From a virus: a DNA stretch of 64,000 nt. Of this stretch, positions 10,354 to 20,184 are shown one piece after another. Location of the stretch: positions 64,001 to 128,000 of the IMG/VR virus record IMGVR_UViG_3300003690_000002; one strand, 5' to 3'. A model generated the notes under the pieces. That model searched no databases. It saw only the letters and a list, made by a program, of their open reading frames with translations, and was not told the DNA's origin. The first letter of the stretch is position 1. Every line of letters starts with the position of its first letter. The translations under genes were made by a program, and so were the position numbers.

Positions 10354-11224
10354 TTTTTAATCTCTTAAAACACTCATTGATCCCTTCAATTATATTCACT
10401 TTAGGTTTCCATCCTAACTCTCTCAATGGCAGTGTATTGGCTTGTGTATATAATACGTCGCCTTTACGCTCTTCTATATATTGAAATTTTACTTCTGGAA
10501 AATGAGTTAAAACAATATTTTTAATTTCATTTAGAGAAATATTTGAACCTGTCCCTACATCAAAATGTTCGCCACAAAAATTTTCTTCGTGTTCCATGGC
10601 AAATATATTTGCAAAAACAACGTCCTTTATGTGAGCCATATCTCTTCTTTGTTCTCCAGTTCCAGTAATATAAAGACAATAATTATTTCTAATACATGCC
10701 ATAAAATTTGCTATAGCTGTTGGATATGCTCCCTCTGCTTGTTGATCAGGAGAGTAAACATTAAAATACCGCAAAGAAACCGTATCTAGTTGATATAATT
10801 CAGAATATAGTTTACATTCCATTTCAGATATTAATTTTTGTAGCCCATATGGACTATTTGGTCCTTTCCCATTCCCAACGACAGATGATGATCCTGAATA
10901 TATCACTCTTTTTGCCCCAACTTTTTTAGCAAAATTTAAAACATAACTTGTTGTTAAAACATTATTTTGCATTGTAGATACAGGGTTTTCAATACTATAT
11001 GGAACTCTTGGGATGCATGCTAGGTGAAAAACATATTCTGGTTTAAACTCCCAGTAATGTGGGTGAAATCTGCCACTACCGTCACTATATTCCTTGAGGT
11101 CTTTGAGAATATCATGATCCTCCTTGAGATCAATTCCCTGCACTTCGTGCCCTAATTCTTTTAATTTTTTATATAGATGTGAACCTATGTAACCTTTATG
11201 ACCGGTTACTAAACATTTTGTCAT
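10343..11224 (-). CDS. NAD-dependent nucleotide-sugar epimerase/dehydratase (extended SDR)
   Basis: TGHKGYIG, SSS, YGLQK (YxxxK), LRYFNVY. Confidence 0.9.
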   Translation of the reverse strand: MTKCLVTGHKGYIGSHLYKKLKELGHEVQGIDLKEDHDILKDLKEYSDGSGRFHPHYWEFKPEYVFHLACIPRVPYSIENPVSTMQNNVLTTSYVLNFAKKVGAKRVIYSGSSSVVGNGKGPNSPYGLQKLISEMECKLYSELYQLDTVSLRYFNVYSPDQQAEGAYPTAIANFMACIRNNYCLYITGTGEQRRDMAHIKDVVFANIFAMEHEENFCGEHFDVGTGSNISLNEIKNIVLTHFPEVKFQYIEERKGDVLYTQANTLPLRELGWKPKVNIIEGINECFKRLKNEF

Positions 11225-11231
11225 GTTTGCC

Positions 11232-11594
11232 TCACTTTAAAATTTCATTTATATCATAAATATAATCATTTTTATCAAAATTTGTTGAACATAGGACCAA
11301 AAGAACATCATCTCCAGTCATATACTCTTGTTCGCCCCAAACCATTTGATCCATGAATATGCAATCGCCTATTTTTAAAATCTTTTCTTCTTCAAGATCT
11401 TTTCCTGTTAATTTAACTCGCACTTGTCCCTTGACACAAATTAAATATTGTTGATCCTGCCTGTGTCCGTGATTTCCTCTGACTTCGCCTTGTGGTACAC
11501 CATAAATGAAATACATTCTCTTTGGTTGAAATTTTAAATCTTTAAACTCAACGTAACTTAAAGCTCCTCTATCTTCTATGTGATGTGATAACAT
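11232..11594 (-). CDS. FdtA/QdtA/WxcM-like cupin sugar 3,4-ketoisomerase
   Basis: DRGALSYVE, KRMYFIYGVP, RGNHGH. Confidence 0.85.
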   Translation of the reverse strand: MLSHHIEDRGALSYVEFKDLKFQPKRMYFIYGVPQGEVRGNHGHRQDQQYLICVKGQVRVKLTGKDLEEEKILKIGDCIFMDQMVWGEQEYMTGDDVLLVLCSTNFDKNDYIYDINEILK

Positions 11595-12507
11595 ATGGCT
11601 TTATCTCCTTGATTATATATTCAATTTCTTTGTTGGTAAGTTTTTCGTGATAGGGTATACTTACTGTTGTTTTATTCTCAAATTCAGATTTTTCAAGACT
11701 CGCATTTTCAACTTTATAACAGTCCATTAAATGTAATGCATTATAATGTATACCGCACTGCACTCCAATTCCTTTCATAAGTTTTAAAAAATTATTATTA
11801 TTTTCCACATTGATTCTATATAAATGCTCACTTGTATTATTTAACTCAAAAGCTAAATTATATCTCTCACGCATTTCTTTAAGTCGATCCATTTTGTTAG
11901 ATAGTTTTTTAAAGTTTTCATTCGCAATAAAAGCCTGGATTGAATTCATATATAATTTCCATCCTGGTAAAATTATTTTTCTTTCCCAACTATTTTCCTC
12001 TAAAGAAATTCCATTTCGAGATAATACTCTCAATTGATCAATTTTGTTTTTATCGTTTGATACTACCATGCCGCCGTCAGAGCTGCCTACTGGTTTTGTG
12101 GGATAAAAACTGAAAATCATTATGTCTTTATCATTGGCTTGTTGTGCAAACTGATCTTTGCATAGCTGTTGTGCAGAATCAATAATTTTATAATCTTCAA
12201 ATCTATGTAAAATATAAGAATTTCCTACCCAGCCTATATCATCTTTATAATTAATTTTATTTCCTGAACATAGAATCGCATTCGCCACCACAGGAGGTAA
12301 AATGCTCGGTATCGTAATGGTAATATCTTTTTGTTCGAATAAAGAAAGAAAAATTGCACTAGTTGCGCTATTCAATGAACATGCATATTTTGCCCCAACA
12401 AAATTAGCGATCTTGTTTTCAAATTCTGTAACCACCTCATCGTGTAAAAGCGGTTGGAATTGTGAAGTATCTACTACATAATCATTAATATGCATTAATT
12501 TAATCAT
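11569..12507 (-). CDS. DegT/DnrJ/EryC1/StrS sugar aminotransferase
   Basis: NSATSAIFL, IIDSAQ, FSFYPTKPVGSSDGGM (PLP lysine). Confidence 0.9.
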   Translation of the reverse strand: MIKLMHINDYVVDTSQFQPLLHDEVVTEFENKIANFVGAKYACSLNSATSAIFLSLFEQKDITITIPSILPPVVANAILCSGNKINYKDDIGWVGNSYILHRFEDYKIIDSAQQLCKDQFAQQANDKDIMIFSFYPTKPVGSSDGGMVVSNDKNKIDQLRVLSRNGISLEENSWERKIILPGWKLYMNSIQAFIANENFKKLSNKMDRLKEMRERYNLAFELNNTSEHLYRINVENNNNFLKLMKGIGVQCGIHYNALHLMDCYKVENASLEKSEFENKTTVSIPYHEKLTNKEIEYIIKEIKPYVITSHRR

Positions 12508-12815
12508 TTTTCACCTTTAGTATTGAAAAATATTTCAGAATTTATTGCTTTATCACAAATAAAATAATCGTAATGTGGTTTGCCTACCCGAACATCGTGA
12601 TATTTCACGCCCCAAGCACGAAGTTGAGCTTTAGTTAAAGAAAGCCAATTTATTCCTGTTACCGAGCCCCTTGCCGTCCAATATATAATGGTCTCACCCT
12701 CATCATATAGTTTGTTTATTTTCTTAATATTGTCTTTTAACGGCATAGCCTTTTTATAATCTCCATCTGTGTTCATACATATGGTACCATCAATGTCAAT
12801 ATAATAAATTTTCAC
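12504..12815 (-). CDS. small HAD-superfamily phosphatase
   Basis: IDIDGTIC (DxDGT), YWTARG, GKP..D...DK. Confidence 0.85.
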   Translation of the reverse strand: MKIYYIDIDGTICMNTDGDYKKAMPLKDNIKKINKLYDEGETIIYWTARGSVTGINWLSLTKAQLRAWGVKYHDVRVGKPHYDYFICDKAINSEIFFNTKGEK

Positions 12816-13675
12816 TAATATCCTCTAAGCTTCTTTCTAATTATTAATTCGCTTTTTGTTACTTTTTTTTCATCACTTCCAAGTATTATATCAATATCTT
12901 TAACTCTTTTATAGAGCATATCCATGGCTATAACTTCCAAACTAGCCCTTTGATCAGTTCCCCACATATTATGTGATAAAGTAATGTGTCTTTCAATTAC
13001 TTTCGCGCCTAACACAGCTGCTATAACTGTGGGTTCTAAATCCTGTTCGTGTCCTGAATATCCAATAACACATCCGTATCTTTTTTTAAGAAATGGAATA
13101 ATTCTTAAATTTAATTCCTTTTTTGGAGTTGGGTAGCTTGAATTTGTATGCATAATTACTGGATTCTTACCTGACTTCATAACTGTATTGACGGCAATAT
13201 CAACCTCTTCTAAAGTAGACATTCCAGTTGACATTATAATTGGCTTATTTGTTCTCGCTGTCTCTATTAATAATTCGGTATTTGTTATTAGTGCCGAGGG
13301 AATTTTTATAAATGGTACGTTGTAATTCATAATAAACTCAAGACTATCCAAATCCCACACAGAGGCTGTCCAGTCAATGGGTTTTTCTAAACAATATTGA
13401 TTTATAGTACTATATGCTTTGTAACCAAATTCAATTTTATGTTTATAATCTATGTAAGCCATGGTACCCCAAGGCGTTTCTCGTAATTTATTTTTTTGAT
13501 GGTTTGGTACGCATATGTCTGGATTACGCTTTTGAAATTTGGCACAATCCCAATTACATGCTGAAACTGCGTCAATAAGTTTTTTTGTCACTTGCATATC
13601 CCCATTGTGATTGATTCCAATTTCTCCAATAAAATATGGATATTTAAGATTTTCAAAATCTACCATATCGTCCAA
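12815..13675 (-). CDS. neuB: NeuB-family nonulosonate (N-acetylneuraminate/Pse/Leg-type) synthase
   Basis: IGEIGINHNGD, AKFQKR, MSTGMS, GYSGHE, IERHITL. No C-terminal SAF/antifreeze-like domain. Confidence 0.9.
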   Translation of the reverse strand: MDDMVDFENLKYPYFIGEIGINHNGDMQVTKKLIDAVSACNWDCAKFQKRNPDICVPNHQKNKLRETPWGTMAYIDYKHKIEFGYKAYSTINQYCLEKPIDWTASVWDLDSLEFIMNYNVPFIKIPSALITNTELLIETARTNKPIIMSTGMSTLEEVDIAVNTVMKSGKNPVIMHTNSSYPTPKKELNLRIIPFLKKRYGCVIGYSGHEQDLEPTVIAAVLGAKVIERHITLSHNMWGTDQRASLEVIAMDMLYKRVKDIDIILGSDEKKVTKSELIIRKKLRGY

Positions 13676-14355
13676 CCTCCATCTATATTGAATACAGCTC
13701 CAGTCGCGTATGATGAACTATCAGAGCACAAGTATTCGATCATTCCGTTTAGTTCATTAATTTTCATCATACGCTTCAAAGGAGTTTTGCTCTTATAAAG
13801 ATCAATAAATTTTTTACTTTGTTCTGTTGATGGTTTAAAAGTTACCCCACCTGGCGCAATACAATTAACTCTAATATTGGGTGCCAAGTGTACAGCTAAA
13901 TATCTTGTTAATTGAACTACTCCAGACTTTGAAACGCAATATCCAATATGTTTTTCTTTTCCTTCCTCATATAAGGCGGGGTTTGGTGAAACAACTCCAT
14001 AAATTGAAGAAAAATTTATAATAGAACCGCTTTTGTTGTTTCTGGCAAATTCGCGACATACCGAAAATAAACTTAACAAATTTACCTGTAAATAAGAATT
14101 GAGTGAATCTAGTGTTATATCAAATAAATTTGTTGAGTCATCTGCAGCATCAATATGTGGATTTAAAGCATATAAGTTGATTAAATAATCGGCTCTGTTG
14201 TCTTTAAAAAATCTTTTTACAAACCCTTCATCAGTTAAATCATGTCCTAGTTGAAGATCGCAGTGAATTACTTCATATCCTTTAGAAATTAAATAAGAAG
14301 AAGTTTCAGTTCCTATTAGCCCTTCTGAACCAGTTATAATAACTTTCTTATTCAC
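13660..14355 (-). CDS. short-chain dehydrogenase/reductase
   Basis: TGSEGLIG, SSIYG, YCVSK, IRVNCIAPGG, IDGG. Confidence 0.9.
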   Translation of the reverse strand: MNKKVIITGSEGLIGTETSSYLISKGYEVIHCDLQLGHDLTDEGFVKRFFKDNRADYLINLYALNPHIDAADDSTNLFDITLDSLNSYLQVNLLSLFSVCREFARNNKSGSIINFSSIYGVVSPNPALYEEGKEKHIGYCVSKSGVVQLTRYLAVHLAPNIRVNCIAPGGVTFKPSTEQSKKFIDLYKSKTPLKRMMKINELNGMIEYLCSDSSSYATGAVFNIDGGWTIW

Positions 14356-15364
14356 TTGAAGTTCCTAACATTGCGCCTGAAAGGCTTACCTGCGAGCAAT
14401 CTTTAGCCCATTCTCTAAGTTGTTTAACAAAATCAACACCAATATTGTCTGACCAAGTATTACATATTTTTTGAGTAATTGTACCCATAGGGTTTTCTTT
14501 AACGATATCATTAAAATACTCACCATTTAGTCTATTACATGGCAATAAATTAATAAAACTACTAGTAAACATTGCTTCATCACAATCCATGACGTCATAT
14601 GGTTCAAAATTTTTATATACCACTTCTAAATTAATCTGTGGTGCTAAAACTTCAAGCACATACATCATGCTCGAACCCCTGAGCATATTTCTTAATTCGG
14701 GAACTATTAATTTCTCATTCTTTACCATCAAAAAGTTCGCACCAGTGCTTTCTGTGATAAATCCATCTTCGTCGAGCAAAAGAGGCATAGCATCTTTTCC
14801 AAATGTCTTTGTTTGTAAATTTGCCATCTGGTAATGTAACCTACTCCTATTTTTTACCTTGTTTTCTAAAAGTCGCGATGGTATTTGTCTTTGTGATGGT
14901 ATAACAGCATTCGCTCCTGTGTCGTAAAAATGCCCTAAAGATCCAGCAGTTTTATTCAATGGCCATACATTTATAATCCAAGTTGGATCACTCCACGCTT
15001 CTCCTTTTTGTAATTCAAAAACTTCTTTATAAATGGGCAGAGGACCTCTAGAAACATTAATTAAAATACGGCATTCTTCCCCTAAAGAAAAGTGCTCGAT
15101 ATTGCGCTGGAGCGTCTCTTGGCATAAATTATAAACTTCTTTTTTTGATTTTGTAATTGGTATTTGCAAATATCTCATACTTCTAAAAAGTCTATCGATG
15201 TGTTCATCTAAGAGAAAAAATTTATTATTAAAAGTTCTTGCCATTTCAAAAACAGCATCTCCAAACATAAATTGTGAATCGTATATGTGAATCGAAGCTT
15301 TAGATTCGGGCACCCACTCTCCAGAGTGATATGTTACTCTTTCTTTTTTACTGGACATATGCAT
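14348..15364 (-). CDS. class IV PLP aminotransferase (IlvE/D-amino-acid aminotransferase fold)
   Basis: FMFGDAVFE, HIDRL, KVKNRSRLHY, ITESTGANF, DEAMFTSS. Confidence 0.85.
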   Translation of the reverse strand: MHMSSKKERVTYHSGEWVPESKASIHIYDSQFMFGDAVFEMARTFNNKFFLLDEHIDRLFRSMRYLQIPITKSKKEVYNLCQETLQRNIEHFSLGEECRILINVSRGPLPIYKEVFELQKGEAWSDPTWIINVWPLNKTAGSLGHFYDTGANAVIPSQRQIPSRLLENKVKNRSRLHYQMANLQTKTFGKDAMPLLLDEDGFITESTGANFLMVKNEKLIVPELRNMLRGSSMMYVLEVLAPQINLEVVYKNFEPYDVMDCDEAMFTSSFINLLPCNRLNGEYFNDIVKENPMGTITQKICNTWSDNIGVDFVKQLREWAKDCSQVSLSGAMLGTSSE

Positions 15365-15367
15365 CTC

Positions 15368-16171
15368 CTAAATTAATCGCTTGTTGAGCTTATTTTGATT
15401 ATCTAAATAATCTTGATGTTTGTGCCTATTAATTAATGCAATCTCTGGTTGCTCATCTATAAGCCTAATCACATCCATTAAAGAGAAATTATAATTTCCC
15501 ATATTATAAAAATATTCAGAAATAGTAGTAAAGAATTTTAAATCCTCTTCGTAATCTAAAGTTGCTCTAATTTCTGGTCTGTTATATTCTTTTGGTACAT
15601 TTTTAAGTAATTTTGTTTTAAACATTTTCATACTTGAAAGAGTAAGCCATGCCGCTTCTGTATCATTAGTGTTTTTAAGCTCGCACACTTTTTTAATCGT
15701 ATCAGTCTTTACACCAAACGTAAATGCTCCACAAATCATATTTTTCTCATCTATTCTAACAAAATCATGTAATTCTCTTTCATATTGTTCAAAGGCTAAA
15801 TCTATTAATTCTGGTTCGCAAAATAAATCGTCGCCGTCAATGTTGACAAAATAATCAATATTATATTGTAAGGCGGCTTTTAGCCATCTATCAAGCTTGT
15901 CTTCTAAGCTTCCTTGAAAAAAATCAATATGATGAGCTTTAGCAATTTCACAAAGTACCCTATCTTCATCCATAGCGCTAGTACATAAAATTATTTTATT
16001 TGTTTTGTTAGATTTTTTAGCTCGCTCTATACAAAATTCAATTGTTTTCTTGCCACAAATTGTTCTAAGTGCTTTATTTGGAAGCCTGGTTGAACCTGTT
16101 CGAACTGTAATAAATATTCCTTTTGTCATAAAGCCTCCACTACATTTCAAGTACTTTTTCAATTTGATCAC
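15368..16171 (-). CDS. SpsF/NeuA/KdsB-like cytidylyltransferase
   Basis: TVRTGSTRLPNK, GSLEDKLDR, IDGDD, ATLDYEEDL. Confidence 0.85.
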   Translation of the reverse strand: MIKLKKYLKCSGGFMTKGIFITVRTGSTRLPNKALRTICGKKTIEFCIERAKKSNKTNKIILCTSAMDEDRVLCEIAKAHHIDFFQGSLEDKLDRWLKAALQYNIDYFVNIDGDDLFCEPELIDLAFEQYERELHDFVRIDEKNMICGAFTFGVKTDTIKKVCELKNTNDTEAAWLTLSSMKMFKTKLLKNVPKEYNRPEIRATLDYEEDLKFFTTISEYFYNMGNYNFSLMDVIRLIDEQPEIALINRHKHQDYLDNQNKLNKRLI

Positions 16172-17843
16172 TGTCTACATATTCTCTAGCTTTTAAAAAT
16201 TGTTCTAATGGCATGGCGCCAAAACTAACAGGATTTCCATCTTTGTCATTTAAAACTTTTGTAGCATCATCAAGCTCTAAAACATAATTATGAAAAGAAT
16301 CATCACAAATAGGATCTCCGAAATTATCAAATGAAATTCCAAAATGTTTTTGCAGATTCGGTCGCACAACATTCCACATCGCTGTGCCAGGATAAGCAGT
16401 CGCTGTAAACATTTTCTGATTCACTGCCAGTGTTGCTAGTTCATATTCTGAGGTTCCTTGCGTTAACCCTTCGCGCCAAAAGTCGCGCTGCCATAAAATA
16501 AATGCAACGCTTGTCTTAAGATGTTGCAATTCTTCACCTGGATACCCCATAATCCAAGTACAGTTTGGATGTATATTAGTAGATTTACAGTTTTTAATTG
16601 CATTGACCATGGTAGTTGGAAATTGATAAGTATTTCCATTTATAACAGTGGGCGTTGAGCCATTTTTGAGAATAAAGCCGCCCTTGTTCATATTTTTCAG
16701 TGTATGTTCGCTAGCTGATTCTGCACCAAAACCAATATATACACATCCCGATGCTGACATATCAACCAATCTTTCATCAGCTTCATCCATGCGAGTGTGA
16801 GTACCCCATCTGATTTGATCAAGATCATAATTTTTAAAAACAGAAACCATACGTTTAATGCGTCTTTTATCAACTGCAAAGTTATCATCTGGAAAACCGA
16901 TAAAATCTAAATTATATTTATCAACATAATTTCTTATCTGTTTTGCTATGTGCTCACAAGAACGCATTCCATAATTTCTTTCTCCTTGCGCGCCACGATA
17001 GCAAAATGCACATGCATATGGGCATCCTCTGCTGCTTACTGTTGTTAAACTTCTTTTCATAGAAAAGGAAGTAGCAGAGCTATTATTTGCAGCCAAGCCC
17101 CAAACTGGTACTTTGATATAATCTTCTAAGACGTTATAACCATAAGGATCAGATTCTAATAAATCTAAAGCAGCATATGGTAAAGAATCTAGATTCATAG
17201 GTCTATTACCTTCATATATAAATCGATGTTTATCATTAAACTCGCCTCTATAAAATGGACTTAGTTTTGTAGATTTTATAGCCCGACTAATTCCCAATTC
17301 TTTAATAACTTTAGAATCATGCATTATTAATAAAATAATATCATCTCCCTCTGAACGCCCAACAGCATCAAGTTCAGGAATCCACTCGAAAAGACCGCCA
17401 CTAATTTCGGTTGCCAGTCCATTTCCGGATACTAAAAAAGTATCAGGTTGGTGTTTTCTTATTATTTTTGCGATTTTCTCTTGCCATCGGAGTGTTGTTA
17501 TTTTACCTGAAAATGCAATGACATCTTGATCCCCAACATTATTCAAGTGACGTATAATCATTTTCTCAGCTTCATCATAAGTTAAATGTCTACCATTAAT
17601 AAGATTTTGTTTCTTGGCTAAATCGTCATTAACACGATAAGCATTTAAATCAATTATGTAAGCTTCGGCTCCATATTGTCTAGCAATTGCAGCAAGAATA
17701 CCTGGTCCTTCTGGGGGCACGTTCGGCTTAGCTGATTCTCTCAATGGCATATTAATAAACGTTATTTTCAACCCCTTAAAAGCATCATAAGAAATATTCT
17801 TTATCAATTCATAAGGGTGTGGTGATTTAATTCTTATTTTCAT
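16140..17843 (-). CDS. cobalamin-binding radical SAM enzyme
   Basis: SSRGCPYACAFC (CxxxCxxC), DDNF, FGAESAS, preceded by a B12-binding-like N-terminal domain. Confidence 0.85.
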   Translation of the reverse strand: MKIRIKSPHPYELIKNISYDAFKGLKITFINMPLRESAKPNVPPEGPGILAAIARQYGAEAYIIDLNAYRVNDDLAKKQNLINGRHLTYDEAEKMIIRHLNNVGDQDVIAFSGKITTLRWQEKIAKIIRKHQPDTFLVSGNGLATEISGGLFEWIPELDAVGRSEGDDIILLIMHDSKVIKELGISRAIKSTKLSPFYRGEFNDKHRFIYEGNRPMNLDSLPYAALDLLESDPYGYNVLEDYIKVPVWGLAANNSSATSFSMKRSLTTVSSRGCPYACAFCYRGAQGERNYGMRSCEHIAKQIRNYVDKYNLDFIGFPDDNFAVDKRRIKRMVSVFKNYDLDQIRWGTHTRMDEADERLVDMSASGCVYIGFGAESASEHTLKNMNKGGFILKNGSTPTVINGNTYQFPTTMVNAIKNCKSTNIHPNCTWIMGYPGEELQHLKTSVAFILWQRDFWREGLTQGTSEYELATLAVNQKMFTATAYPGTAMWNVVRPNLQKHFGISFDNFGDPICDDSFHNYVLELDDATKVLNDKDGNPVSFGAMPLEQFLKAREYVDSDQIEKVLEM

Positions 17844-17869
17844 TGTAAAAACCTAATGTAATTATAACT

Positions 17870-18514
17870 TTAAAATCTACAGACTTTAAGATTTTTTAAT
17901 CCGGGATCAAAAGAAGAGTAAGTAAAATAATGAAATAAAATTTCCGGAAATAAAGATGTTATTGTCTTATGAGAATTTTTTATCTTATTTGAAACTATCT
18001 CATCTTGAGGATCCGCCTCATTATGTCCTAAAAAATATTCTGTTTCGTAAAAATCAATTCCAATTACATATATTTCATCTGCTTTTAATTCTAGGGCGGC
18101 ATGCAATAAAGCCATATCAGAGGAATTTTCAACAATATTCATATATTTCTCTAGAGAATCTGAATGATAATTATACGGTATCTTATACAGGCTTTCGAAA
18201 TTGCGTCCTTTGTATCCAGTTCTCCACCAATTTGTATTTCCATCTGGTCGCAATCTGGCTATGTAGACTTCTTGGACATTAAAATTATTTACAAAATCAT
18301 GATCCAAGCCTGACTCACAAATATTAACTTGTTGAATTATTTTTTTATTTTTTAAAAAATTATGTATTTTTTGATTTTCTTTAACAAATAAATTAAATTC
18401 ATTTATTAATATTACATGATCAAAATCAATATCTAAATTTGAATGATCTATGCGCTCTAGTGAGTTACCCCTGCCGCATATTAATATCTTTATTTTTTCA
18501 GCTGTTTTTTCCAT
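17870..18514 (-). CDS. Cst-II/GT42-like sialyltransferase (or Maf-like nonulosonate transferase)
   Basis: ILICGRGNSLERIDHSNLDIDFD and ELKADEIYVIGIDFY resemble Campylobacter Cst motifs IAGNGPSLKEIDYSRL and KEIYLSGIDFY (recalled, not aligned). Confidence 0.55.
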   Translation of the reverse strand: MEKTAEKIKILICGRGNSLERIDHSNLDIDFDHVILINEFNLFVKENQKIHNFLKNKKIIQQVNICESGLDHDFVNNFNVQEVYIARLRPDGNTNWWRTGYKGRNFESLYKIPYNYHSDSLEKYMNIVENSSDMALLHAALELKADEIYVIGIDFYETEYFLGHNEADPQDEIVSNKIKNSHKTITSLFPEILFHYFTYSSFDPGLKNLKVCRF

Positions 18515-19434
18515 AATTCAGTTGTTATATCCAAACCCCTATCTAATGAAATTGTAGGCTCCCAGTTTAAAACTCTCTTGGCTTTTTCCGAAGTTGAATT
18601 AAGATAATAGATTTCACCTGCGCGGGGTGGTTTCGTTCCCCAATTAACTTTCCCTTTCCAATTGAGTTTTTTTGCGACTAAATCTACTAAATCTTTTATT
18701 TGAATGGCATTATCCGGACCAGTACAGAAGAATTCTCCTTTTGCTAAATCAACATTTTTCAAAATTGTTGTATATAAATTAATCAAATCATCAATAAATA
18801 AAAAATTTCTATATGGTTGTCTGTATCCTAAATTAATTTCGTTTGGGTTTTTTAGCATTTGGACTATTATTTGCTCAACAACAAAAAAATCATTATCCCA
18901 TCTTCCATATGTATTCGTCTGTCTAAGTGCAGTAAATGGAAAATCATATGCTCTTTCAGCATAGCTTAAATAATATTCGCATCCAATTTTAGCTACTGCA
19001 TATGGGGCATTGGGGTATTGTTTTGTTTCTTCATTAAACGCTTTCCATTCTGATTTTGGCACTGCGCCATATGTCTCCATGGTCGACGAAAAAACAAATA
19101 ATTCTAAATTTGTTAAATCTTTTGATTTTTCTATTAAATTAACAGTTCCATCATAATTTACAGTTTGAAAATGAATTGGATCATAAAAACTTTTTTCTAC
19201 TTCCGTTCTTGCTGCTAGATGAATAATAAAATGTGGGTTTGCTTCTCTTAGGTGCGCACCAACTTGCTCAAAATCTGTTAAAGAGCCAACCCACGGTGTA
19301 TATTCGAATCCTAAATTTCTATCGGGATCTTTTTCTACCAAGCCGTGTATTTCATAGCTGCCATCTCGAATTAATTCTTTGGCTAAATATTTTCCTATAA
19401 ACCCGCTTATTCCTGTTATAAACACTTTTTTCAT
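18490..19434 (-). CDS. NDP-sugar 4,6-dehydratase/epimerase (extended SDR)
   Basis: TGISGFIG, HLAA, SSTMETYG, YAVAK, RNFLFIDD. Confidence 0.9.
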   Translation of the reverse strand: MKKVFITGISGFIGKYLAKELIRDGSYEIHGLVEKDPDRNLGFEYTPWVGSLTDFEQVGAHLREANPHFIIHLAARTEVEKSFYDPIHFQTVNYDGTVNLIEKSKDLTNLELFVFSSTMETYGAVPKSEWKAFNEETKQYPNAPYAVAKIGCEYYLSYAERAYDFPFTALRQTNTYGRWDNDFFVVEQIIVQMLKNPNEINLGYRQPYRNFLFIDDLINLYTTILKNVDLAKGEFFCTGPDNAIQIKDLVDLVAKKLNWKGKVNWGTKPPRAGEIYYLNSTSEKAKRVLNWEPTISLDRGLDITTELWKKQLKK

Positions 19435-20174
19435 TTATTTTCTCCTTTTAACTTGCAGTGCTGCAACTTTGATATGTTATAAAAATGATGCCAGACTTTG
19501 TATATTTCATTATCTCCCATGCGCCATCTGCAACTGTGATCTGGATCTGTTAACCAGGGTTTTTGACCATTATAATGATAAATTTTAACTCCGGGGGATA
19601 AAACAAATCTTTTTTGATGTACATTGTATTGTAATGGGATCTCATTAAATAAGTTATGTTTCTTCGTATACCAATTTAGAAAACTTTGATCACTATAGCT
19701 ATTATCATAATCTTTGTGATTTATATTATCTAACATATCATCAAATAACTCTTTATCTGGCTTAAGTACTAAAACCCCTCCACTTAATCCACCATAAGAA
19801 GGGTCTTTAATGGCAGAAATGGGTGGAAAATCAAAAAGCTCATCAATTGGCTCAATCGCGATACAGTCAGCGTCTAGATAAACTAATTTATCAAACTGAG
19901 TTTGATTCCAAATATTCAATTTTGTGAACATCATCCAACTATTATCTTTATATCTATCGATTATTCCATCTACTCTATTAGGAATAATCTTATCAACTAC
20001 GATTAGTTCTAATCCGCTATCTAACAATTGTTTTCGTCCATCTTCTGTCACTTCTTCTGTAACCATACAATATGTTGGAAATTTAACCTTAACATATTCT
20101 AAAGATTTTTTTAACGCAACTGCACCAGGTATAAAATTATCACTACATAAATATGTTATATACGCATAGTTCAT
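19431..20174 (-). CDS. GT8 glycosyltransferase (glycogenin-like)
   Basis: FTKLNIW, VYLDAD, DQSFLN, YHYNGQKPW. Confidence 0.9.
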   Translation of the reverse strand: MNYAYITYLCSDNFIPGAVALKKSLEYVKVKFPTYCMVTEEVTEDGRKQLLDSGLELIVVDKIIPNRVDGIIDRYKDNSWMMFTKLNIWNQTQFDKLVYLDADCIAIEPIDELFDFPPISAIKDPSYGGLSGGVLVLKPDKELFDDMLDNINHKDYDNSYSDQSFLNWYTKKHNLFNEIPLQYNVHQKRFVLSPGVKIYHYNGQKPWLTDPDHSCRWRMGDNEIYKVWHHFYNISKLQHCKLKGENK

Positions 20175-20184
20175 TAATAAAACC

